Of a DNA stretch of 64,000 nucleotides, positions 10,141-18,451 are shown piece by piece. The stretch is taken from contig CAVWXH010000015.1 of the NCBI GenBank assembly GCA_963758915.1, positions 1-64,000 of the forward strand, given 5' to 3'. A program made the translations under genes and the position numbers. Below the pieces are notes generated by a model. It was not told the origin of the DNA. It did not search any database and saw nothing but the letters and a program-made list of their open reading frames with translations. Every line of letters begins with the position of its first letter. Positions within the stretch are counted from its first letter, which is position 1. Source of the DNA: an uncultured Methanomicrobiales archaeon (lineage in GTDB: Archaea > Halobacteriota > Methanomicrobia > Methanomicrobiales > Methanospirillaceae).

Positions 10141-10285
10141 AGGTAAACTCATGTCTGTAACTACGGGAATACGAAGCAGATCAATCCTGGTTGCAGACTT
10201 TTTATTCTTCTTTAGGTAGGGGACCGGGCGTTCTGCCGGATCCCCTGTAGCGTTTCTCCATAGTTTACCGTAAGGTGTTCGTATG
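10141..10285 (+). promoter_or_regulatory. Structured 5' leader with Phe-rich uORF, copy 1 (candidate attenuator)
   Basis: Conserved with 39961-40117. Stems: ggtaaact(10142-49)/agtttacc(10262-69); gtctgtaac(10153-61)/gttgcagac(10190-98); aggggaccgg/ccggatcccct (10218-10246). Followed by ggtg SD and ATG 10283. Confidence 0.8.
10151..10219 (+). CDS. Putative Phe-rich leader peptide MSVTTGIRSRSILVADFLFFFR (22 aa)
   Basis: Manual translation. Start, frame, Phe run and AGG-TAG end are conserved in the paralog at 39972-40046. Confidence 0.75.
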   Translation: MSVTTGIRSRSILVADFLFFFR

Positions 10286-10396
10286 CTTGGAATTAATGAC
10301 CCCTGGATATTGCTCGCTTATGGCCTTTCAATCGGCCTGGCGCTGGTGTGTGTAGTGTATGGCCTGCTGAACTGGAACACGGGGGGGGAGCCCTGA
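10283..10396 (+). CDS. Symporter small accessory membrane protein (37 aa)
   Basis: MLGINDPWILLAYGLSIGLALVCVVYGLLNWNTGGEP: one TM helix, aggtg SD, stop 1 nt before the symporter ATG. Matches the small proteins that precede methanogen SSS genes. Confidence 0.88.
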   Translation: MLGINDPWILLAYGLSIGLALVCVVYGLLNWNTGGEP

Positions 10397-10397
10397 A

Positions 10398-11978
10398 ATG
10401 GCGGTGAATACCCTTGTCCTCATCTCCGTAACTGCCATTTATGTTGCCCTTATGTTATACCTCGGCTGGCTCGGATATAAAAAGACAAAGACCTCCGAGG
10501 ATTACATGGTCGCCGGGAGAGAGGCCCACCCGGTAATTATCGCCCTTTCCTACGGGGCCACATTCATCAGCACATCTGCTATTGTCGGGTTCGGTGGACA
10601 GGCCGCAAATCTCGGTATGGGACTGATCTGGCTTACCGTGCTGAACATCGGCCTGGGTATCCTGCTGGCTTTCGTCGTATTCGGTAAGAAGACCAGGGAG
10701 ATCGGGCAGCGGCTGAAAGCGGTCACCTTCCCTGACCTGATGGGAAAAATTTACCAGTCACCGTTTATGCAGGTTGTTACAGGGCTGGTCATCATTGTCG
10801 GCATGCCACTGTACACCGCTGCCGTACTGATTGGCGGGGCACAGTTTATCAGGGAAACGACCTCCATCTCGTACAGCACGTCACTCATTGGATTTGCCCT
10901 GATCGTTGCTGTATACGTGATATTCGGCGGACTGATCGCCGTAATGTACACCGATGCGGTCCAGGGGGCCATTATGCTCGTCGGGATGACCATTCTCCTG
11001 GTTGCAACGTACCTCCTCCTGGGCGGCGTTAATGCCGCAAACAGCAGCCTTACCGCGATGGCGCCACTTGTTCCGGAAAACCTTGCAAAAGGTGGCATGA
11101 CCGGCTGGACAACGATGCCCGTTTTCGGGTCCTCCATATGGCTGACCGTGATCACGACCCTTGTCCTCGGGGTAGGGATCGGTGTTCTCGCCCAGCCTCA
11201 GCTGGTTGTCCGGTTTATGACGGCAAAGAACAACAAATCATTAAACAGGGCAGTCCTCATCGGGGGTCCTTTCATCCTGATGATGACCGGGGTGGCGTTC
11301 ACGGTCGGCGCCCTCACGAATGTGTATTTCTACCAGACGGTTTCAAAAATTGCAGTCCAGGTGGCGCCCGGCGGTAATGTGGACACGATCATCCCGATCT
11401 TCATCAACCAGGCAATGCCGGACTGGTTCGTGGTACTGTTCATGGTAACACTGCTTGCTGCGGCGATGTCCACGCTGAGTTCCCTCTTCCATACGATGGG
11501 GACAGCCCTGATATGCGACCTCTGGGGGAGGGGGCGCCAGTGTGCATTATCAATGAGGGCAAACCAGGTGGGTGTGCTGATCATGATTATTGCGAGTGTG
11601 ATTATTGCATTCCTGATGCCGGGCAGTATCATCGCCCTCGCAACCGCGATGTTCATGGGGTTATGTGCCTCTGCATTCCTCCCGGCCTTCGCCGTGGCGA
11701 TGTATTCCAGAAAACCGGATGTAACTGCTGCAAAGGCCAGTTTAATCACCGGTGCTGTCGTGTGGTTTATCTGGGCGCTTTTCATCAATACCCGGTATGC
11801 ATCAGTATACGGGCTCTGCAAGGCACTTACCGGCAAGACCAGCCTCGCGGGGCTTCCCTGGGCTGCTGTCGACCCGCTCGTCATCGCACTCCCGCTTTCC
11901 GCAGCGGTTATTATTATATTACAGTTCTATGCAGACCGCAGAAACGCGGAGGCAACGCCTTCCTCTCCAGCCACATAG
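10398..11978 (+). CDS. Sodium:solute symporter (SSS, PutP/PanF-like)
   Basis: EDYMVAGR, ALSYGATFISTSAIVGFGG, GGLIAVMYTDAVQG, QPQLVVRFM, AAAMSTLSS; about 13 TM helices. Confidence 0.95.
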   Translation: MAVNTLVLISVTAIYVALMLYLGWLGYKKTKTSEDYMVAGREAHPVIIALSYGATFISTSAIVGFGGQAANLGMGLIWLTVLNIGLGILLAFVVFGKKTREIGQRLKAVTFPDLMGKIYQSPFMQVVTGLVIIVGMPLYTAAVLIGGAQFIRETTSISYSTSLIGFALIVAVYVIFGGLIAVMYTDAVQGAIMLVGMTILLVATYLLLGGVNAANSSLTAMAPLVPENLAKGGMTGWTTMPVFGSSIWLTVITTLVLGVGIGVLAQPQLVVRFMTAKNNKSLNRAVLIGGPFILMMTGVAFTVGALTNVYFYQTVSKIAVQVAPGGNVDTIIPIFINQAMPDWFVVLFMVTLLAAAMSTLSSLFHTMGTALICDLWGRGRQCALSMRANQVGVLIMIIASVIIAFLMPGSIIALATAMFMGLCASAFLPAFAVAMYSRKPDVTAAKASLITGAVVWFIWALFINTRYASVYGLCKALTGKTSLAGLPWAAVDPLVIALPLSAAVIIILQFYADRRNAEATPSSPAT

Positions 11979-12216
11979 AAAAATATCTGGGTTTTAAGCC
12001 CATTTTTTCTTTTTACGCAGGCCAGGACGTTTTAGAGAGGACCCTCAACACCGGGCATCCATATATCCGCCGGGTTCAACATGGCAACCCGGATGGATAA
12101 CTCTCTAACCCTGCCTATTTTAGTAATTTATTACCTATTCACGTGTAGTATATGAGTGTGAAGTCCCGGGACCAACCCGGGGTATTCCCCACCAGAAGAC
12201 CCAGAGGAGTTATGAA

Positions 12217-12500
12217 ATGATCAGGATAGTATTGGTCGCAATCGGTATCGCATTCTGTATTATGTCGTCACTAACACCAGCACTATAGGTTGCACCGATA
12301 GCACCGGTATTGTCATCACGCAGGAACCATTTAGCACCAGTAACATCACCTCTCCAGAAAATGGGTCTCATTCCGCAGATCTGAAACAGCACACTAACAG
12401 GATCTGCACCGGCCCGGGCATTCGAAAACCCGGACCTCCTTCCGGGGCTTCCAGTCCATTCAGCATCAGACGTTCAACCAATCCATGCATTCCGGCTTAA
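12217..12500 (+). pseudogene. Possible degraded lipoprotein gene
   Basis: gaggag SD, MIRIVLVAIGIAFCIM.. signal-like segment ending in TAG; another frame continues GCTDSTGIVITQEPF (lipobox-like). Confidence 0.25.
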
Positions 12501-12696
12501 CACCGGCAAACCTAACTTCTTTTTTTTCGTTTCCGACAAAGCACGGGATTTGGCCTTTTCACACAGCTTTCCTGTTTCCTGACACCCGGGGATGATTACC
12601 ACTGCAATAAATACTGGCAAGTTATCCCCACAATTGGACTTTAAATATGAAATTGTCTGAAAATTTCAGGTTTTGCCACGAAAAATAGAGATTACA

Positions 12697-15600
12697 TCAA
12701 TCAAGTTTCCGGTTTCTCGTATAGATACTGAATACTACCAGAACAAAGATCGAAACTATCGCTGCTGCTTCAATAAGCATAGTAAATATGGAGTTCGTGG
12801 GTTGTGGGGGGAGCACAGGGGGATTCGCTGCCGGTGCATTCGATACCCGTGGAACAGGACTGGCAGAAGGCTGGCCCGCTGCTACGGATTCAGTGGTTAA
12901 AGAATTGGGTTCCCTGTTGTTACCCGATGAGGCACCAGAGGTCCCTTCCTGAACGGTTCCCGATTGGCTTCCTTTTGTTGCTGCGGGTTCTGATGCGGCC
13001 TGAGTTACCTGGTTGCCACTTCCGCCATAGCTCCCGCCACCGCCGCCTCCGCCTGAATTTGGATTACTCGCCGGGACTGGAGGAGGCACTCTGATTGAGA
13101 GACTGAGGTAAAGCATCTGAAGAGGATTTGTATAATGACCTACGGTAACAAGTGTAAATTGTGAAAGCCCGTTCGGAGAAATCCCTTCAAATACGTCAAC
13201 ATTCCTGGTTTCGTCATAATAGAGGAATTTTGTCTCTAATACCTCGATAGAGCCCAGGTCACCGACCCTGATTATTTCAACAGGTTCATAGACATCTGTC
13301 AGACCACCCAGATCGTTGTTTACAACCCAGTCAGAATTTACCGCAACCGTGATAGTATGCGGATTTTCATAAATGAAACCTGATGGATATACCAGTTCAA
13401 TTCCTGCATCAGATACGTTATGGCTTCCAACAACAGGGATGTACAAAAGGGAAAGATCGATCCCATCAGTTGATGTCACTACGTAATAGTACCTGTTTTC
13501 GGAGATATTTTGATAAGCGAACATGGTCTCGAGCGGCGTGAACGACCCATCGTTATTCATTTGTTCAACCTTAAACCGGTCATGGAGATCGACAAACGGA
13601 CTATGTTTTACTACCCATTCGTGGCTGACCGCCATAACAACGGTTGCCGGACCGTTGACAGACATATTATTCTCAATACAATACATTGAATTTGCCACAC
13701 CGGATACATAGTCGCCATAATCTGCGTCCTGCACAGTAATATTAAATTTTTCATGTTCTTCAGGCGTTATTTCATCGGTAATGGATGTTTTTATTGAACC
13801 CTCCGGATAATACTGAGGCATTTCGAAGGTGTAATTCACCCATGAATTGTCACCGATTGTATCAGAAAATTCTGCTGATGAGATATCTTCGCTGGTTGTA
13901 ATTAATTTTTCAATAATTCCGGATATAATTGGACTCTGGGAAGAAAATGTGGTATTTTCCCTGGATACCAGAGTAAATGACGGCGACATTCCTTTTTCCT
14001 GAGGAATGATAAATAATTGTGTGTTATTCACGCCAAGTTCAAACGAATAACCAGTTCCATTCGATGTGTTTATTTCCATGAAGCCAGTATCCGATGAATA
14101 CTGGACAATGCCGGGGATTGTGTAAAGTGACACGTATTCTGTGGATTTTATAACATGAACATATCCAATTGCGGTATTGTTACCAAACTGGTTCCCTGTT
14201 GTTAATGAGATGATGTAATTGCCCGGGTTAACAAAAACATGGGATGGATTTTGTTCGTTTGACGAAGAATTATCCCCAAAATCCCAATACCATGTGTCCG
14301 GATAACCTGATGATAAATCTGTAAGCGTGGAGGACAGAGGAGCCAGACCAGAAGAAGGATTAATAGTAAATTTTGTTACGGGAACCGCCCCGGCAACGAT
14401 TAAATGTTCCTGCACAGAGTAATCCCGCGAGTACGGATTACTAACTATCAGTGCAGGACTAAAATGCCCTGCTTCCTGATATGTATAAACCGGGTTCACA
14501 TCAGATGATTCATTTCCATCGCCAAAATTCCAATAGTGAGAAGTTGGATTACCTGATGATGTATCGGTAAAACGGACCGTGAATGGAACCATTCCCTCGG
14601 TCGCATTTACGGTAAACCCAGATACCACGGGAGCCTGTTCCTGACCAAGTGTAAACAGGTAGATATTATAATCAAGAAATTCCTGATTTTCTGCCCATAC
14701 TATCCGCTCCCCGTATACCCTGGCATTAGTCCTGTGAGCATTCGGAAATGCATAGGTAATAACTGAGGTTTCATTCGTTTCCAGGTTGTAAACGTAAATA
14801 TTTTCATTCCCATAGGACTGGTCCCGGTTGTCATCCCATACAATATAATTTCCAAAAATTGAAGGCCGTTTTTGGTCAGACTCGTCAGTACCTGGAGTTA
14901 TCAGCGTTTTTTCGTGTGTTGTAATATTATACATTACAATATCATAGTGCTCGTCATGCCATTCCTGCCAGACGAGTCGATCATTGTGAATTGAAGGGGG
15001 TGACTGGAAAAATGATTTACAGTTGCTTGCAATGGTGGTGGAGTTCCCGGTTGCAACATGAAATAGATTGAGTGTTGCATCTTCTTCGGTACCGGCATAC
15101 CATGCGACCCAGTCACCATATATTGCAGGATACATATGTTCAGGGCCTGATTCGTCATTTGTGAGATAACGTGTTTCATTCGTAGTGATGTTATAGAGTA
15201 CAATGTTCCGGGTCCCTTTCGTGTCGTCGGTATAAACGATGCGGTCTTCAAAAATTGCTGGATCAATCTGGTTATACCAGTCCCCGGGAGTCAGTGTCAA
15301 TTCGATACCGGTAGAAATAGTGTACATATTGATATCATAGGTACCGTAATAGCTGTCCTGGATACCGTATACCAGAACATCATTATATATCGAGGGCTTC
15401 CAGGGACTTTTATTGCTGATGGTCTCTTCCCTGCAGGTTGTAATATTATACAAACGAACTGCCTGTTCACCGTTGCGATAATCGAGCCATACCAGGTTGT
15501 CCAAGAAGACAGAAGGGTAGATTTGATCTGAGCCGTCGGTACCCACGGTTATTGTGGTCATTGTCCCACCTTCGGTATTCTGAATATTAGTGCTCTTAAT

Positions 15601-15990
15601 GATCTCTTCCGAAAAATTCACCCTAAATCCATTATTTGAGTTTGCATCGGGAACGGGTCCAATTATTCCCCTGGTATTTTCAGCTGTTTTTTGTGTAGTA
15701 TTCAGCGAAGTCTGATTAAATTCGGGGGAGTTTTGCAACCCCAGACTGCCTTTTGGACGGTTCGGTATCGGATCAGGAAAAACAATATTTTGATGATCGG
15801 TCTGATTTGTGTCTGAATCAGATACATTATTGTACACGGTAAAATTATCAGCGTGAATATCCATTAAGGGGTTATTAACAGATATGGGATCATTGCCACC
15901 ATTGCTGCCTGTCAGATTATGAGCTGACACAGGAAGACACAATAGACAAAAGATTAGTACCCCGGTACATATTTTCCAAACAGAAGACAT
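12697..15990 (-). CDS. Large surface protein: beta-propeller repeats, 2 PKD domains, duplicated PGF-pre-PGF-like domain, C-terminal TM anchor
   Basis: Signal peptide MSSVWKICTGVLIFCLLCLPVSA; repeated 'P.I....IVW.D.R....I..YN' blades; PKD motifs WNFGDG/WDFGDN; poly-Gly linker; TM helix plus basic tail. Confidence 0.88.
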   Translation of the reverse strand: MSSVWKICTGVLIFCLLCLPVSAHNLTGSNGGNDPISVNNPLMDIHADNFTVYNNVSDSDTNQTDHQNIVFPDPIPNRPKGSLGLQNSPEFNQTSLNTTQKTAENTRGIIGPVPDANSNNGFRVNFSEEIIKSTNIQNTEGGTMTTITVGTDGSDQIYPSVFLDNLVWLDYRNGEQAVRLYNITTCREETISNKSPWKPSIYNDVLVYGIQDSYYGTYDINMYTISTGIELTLTPGDWYNQIDPAIFEDRIVYTDDTKGTRNIVLYNITTNETRYLTNDESGPEHMYPAIYGDWVAWYAGTEEDATLNLFHVATGNSTTIASNCKSFFQSPPSIHNDRLVWQEWHDEHYDIVMYNITTHEKTLITPGTDESDQKRPSIFGNYIVWDDNRDQSYGNENIYVYNLETNETSVITYAFPNAHRTNARVYGERIVWAENQEFLDYNIYLFTLGQEQAPVVSGFTVNATEGMVPFTVRFTDTSSGNPTSHYWNFGDGNESSDVNPVYTYQEAGHFSPALIVSNPYSRDYSVQEHLIVAGAVPVTKFTINPSSGLAPLSSTLTDLSSGYPDTWYWDFGDNSSSNEQNPSHVFVNPGNYIISLTTGNQFGNNTAIGYVHVIKSTEYVSLYTIPGIVQYSSDTGFMEINTSNGTGYSFELGVNNTQLFIIPQEKGMSPSFTLVSRENTTFSSQSPIISGIIEKLITTSEDISSAEFSDTIGDNSWVNYTFEMPQYYPEGSIKTSITDEITPEEHEKFNITVQDADYGDYVSGVANSMYCIENNMSVNGPATVVMAVSHEWVVKHSPFVDLHDRFKVEQMNNDGSFTPLETMFAYQNISENRYYYVVTSTDGIDLSLLYIPVVGSHNVSDAGIELVYPSGFIYENPHTITVAVNSDWVVNNDLGGLTDVYEPVEIIRVGDLGSIEVLETKFLYYDETRNVDVFEGISPNGLSQFTLVTVGHYTNPLQMLYLSLSIRVPPPVPASNPNSGGGGGGGSYGGSGNQVTQAASEPAATKGSQSGTVQEGTSGASSGNNREPNSLTTESVAAGQPSASPVPRVSNAPAANPPVLPPQPTNSIFTMLIEAAAIVSIFVLVVFSIYTRNRKLD

Positions 15991-16123
15991 TTCTAACCCC
16001 CCTACGCAGGACTGATACGATTGCGTATAATACAAGCATCGAATCGATTATATTAAAGGGTATCCCCGCTTCCTCAAACTCTTACCATTTCCGGTGAAAT
16101 CCGGTAAAAAAGAAGATAGTGAT

Positions 16124-17082
16124 TTAAACATTTACTTTTGTGTAGGTCTGGAAATAAGTCCCGAAATCCTCCTTTTTAATTCCAAATACACCATTGGTGA
16201 GATTTATTTTTGTCCATACCGGTGCAGCCTGTGCTGCACCGCTGGCATACGTACTGTAATTAACCCACCAGGGATCTGCCATAAGAGTTCCCCCCGGGGC
16301 TGCACCTATGGAATTTCCTTTTGGATTGCGTAGAATAATATAGGTCGGACCATTGTTAGCAGCCGTATAAGTACCCAGAACCGAATACGTGTGATTTGCT
16401 GCTGCGGCAAGAATGGGGAATTTTACCTGGCGGGAAGAGCCCGTAAGTGGCGCAGTCATCGCTGGCAGGATAAGCGGATGCAGTCAGATAACAAACTGTT
16501 ACTACTCATGAATGTGTAGAAATCCCCGCCCCAGTTGGCAAATGCTGACCATAGGGGTTGAGTAATCTTATTTAATGCAGTAATGTTTGCTCCCTGACCA
16601 GTTGCACTAATGTAGGCTGCCCTATCAGGATCCCCATGCGTGTTGAGTTCACATGATGCATAGGCTTTTTCATAATATGCCGGCCATAATTCACTGGCTT
16701 CAGACGAATGACAGAATTCTGCTGCAGGGGCCCAGATATTTGCTGAGAATGCCCATGGTTGAGCTCTTCCAGCCCAGTTATAAAATTTTATCTGATTCTG
16801 GGTATTGAGAATATTTCCTTTTAAATACGTAGGATTAACCCATGCCAGTGCAGATAACCCGGCGATTAATGAGCAATTCTGGCATGCCGTTCCCTGCACG
16901 GGGTCATCAAATTCCGGATTAGCCTCTGTCTGAATAATATTGACCATTCGGTCCACCCCATGCCATCAGGAATCACCCCTGATTTTAACGCTTAATACTT
17001 CTTCCATAAGCATAATACATTCAACCTCTCTTGTAAGTTCCAATTTTCCCATAACGGGAAACCCCCAGAGACCCATGTCCAT
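16124..17082 (-). pseudogene. Calpain-like (peptidase C2) cysteine protease, interrupted
   Basis: QGTACQNCSLIAGLSAL (catalytic Cys) and ELWPAYYEKAYA in 16456-16956; NHTYSV (His) and LRNP (Asn) in 16124-16459; in-frame TGA at 16966-68 downstream of ATG 17082. Confidence 0.7.
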
Positions 17083-17713
17083 GAGAGTGTGTGAATAATC
17101 AACAACGATACTGTTCTGTCAGCCGTATTCCCGGCCAGCAACGCCAACGAAAACAGGCATTCCCCCCTCTGATTCCCTCTATCACCGCCTCGTCGGGGAT
17201 ATACCGGTATTATACGGAGATTTTATACCGGCCACACAAGTTTACGCTTTTCTCCGTCCCGGAAATTCACTGATGTCCCAGACCCCCCGGAAATGGGACA
17301 TTACCCGGGTAATAATTACAGTGTAGTCCTGCAATTGAGTGGTTTAACTGCACTGATATAAATATTTCCAAATCTGCCCACTATAATAACAAAGAACAAA
17401 AAATAAGTTAAAAATGGCCATTTGAGACTTATTTCTCTTATTACCGGGTATTCTTACCAGTAACACCTTCTGCGCAGGGAAGGGATTTACAGTCTTTTCC
17501 CTTGCCACTCTCTGCGAAACTTCAAATACCTCGTCAGTTATTTCCTGTCCACCATGCGCGGGAGACCGTGCATCACATTCGCTTCGGTGACCAACAGCGA
17601 ACCAACCGGGTGTCAATTGCGTGACCCTGGAATGTCTCCGGAAGAAGAAAAAACTGGTTTGGCTTCCGGACCCCTGTATAGGTACCCGTAAGGTCAAAAT
17701 AAATTCGTGCTTT

Positions 17714-18451
17714 TCAGAATGGTGCCCTGTAGATAATCACGGTCACATTATCCCTGGACGTCAGGAGGGCATCTGTAACAAATCCTGTTACCAGGTCAGA
17801 AAGGGGTGCTTTTTTATCGGCATCCGTGATTATATCTTCGTCGACGTAATCATGAAAGCCATCACTCGACAGGAGGAGGAGATCCCCCGGGTTTAATGAG
17901 ACATGGTAAATATCAACAAGGAAACTGCTCCCGAGGCTGTTTGTGATCATTGCCCTGAGAGGATGATCCCTTGCATCGTCCTCTGAAATCTGGTGGCTGT
18001 CAACAAGAGACTGGACAACAGAATGGTCTTTTGTCCTGAAAAGGACCCGTTCCCTGATATGATAAGCCCGGGAGTCACCGGTATTTGCGATTACTGCCGA
18101 GTTGTTCCGGATGAACGCAGCGACCATCGTGGTCCCCATTCCTTCCTTCTCTCCAACGGCCCCGGTTTCAATGGCAATATGGGCTGACTTAAAGGAGTCT
18201 GATAGTAACGCCCCTACTTCATCCGGGCTCATACCTTCATGGTAGCGGCTGCCAAATTCCTCTGATAGCGTGGAGACCGCGATTTCCGATGCTACTTCTC
18301 CAGCCCTGTGACCACCGATCCCATCAGCAATTGCAAGGAGATAGCCGTCCCTGGCTTTCTCGGCAAGAAGGGAATCCTCATTATTATTTCGTTTTCCAAT
18401 ACAGGATTTCCCGACAATGGCCCCGTTGAGACTTATCATGCCGTCTGTCAT
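17714..18451 (-). CDS. PP2C/PPM-family Ser/Thr phosphatase
   Basis: RNNNED, ADGIGGHRAGEVAS, MGTT, NTGDSRAY, TKDHS, SDGF, DNVT. Confidence 0.95.
   Translation of the reverse strand: MTDGMISLNGAIVGKSCIGKRNNNEDSLLAEKARDGYLLAIADGIGGHRAGEVASEIAVSTLSEEFGSRYHEGMSPDEVGALLSDSFKSAHIAIETGAVGEKEGMGTTMVAAFIRNNSAVIANTGDSRAYHIRERVLFRTKDHSVVQSLVDSHQISEDDARDHPLRAMITNSLGSSFLVDIYHVSLNPGDLLLLSSDGFHDYVDEDIITDADKKAPLSDLVTGFVTDALLTSRDNVTVIIYRAPF

Noticed and set aside
10217-10219. Pyrrolysine read-through of the conserved TAG ending both leader peptides
   Set aside because: No pyl genes in the window and Methanomicrobiales are not known to use Pyl. TAG conservation is explained by its overlap with the P3 stem.
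10141-10285. Phe leader as another copy of the mobile repeat family
   Set aside because: It has no similarity to the dispersed repeat. Both copies are in sense orientation at a fixed distance from a TATA box and from the downstream SD, as expected for a cis-regulatory leader.
16966-16968. In-frame TGA as selenocysteine
   Set aside because: It is not at a catalytic Cys position, no SECIS was recognised, and this lineage is not known to use Sec.
17200-17315. Cluster of short palindromes (ccggtat/ataccgg, tgtccca/tgggaca, attacccgggtaat)
   Set aside because: Could be operator sites or hairpins, but they occur once and are short enough to arise by chance.
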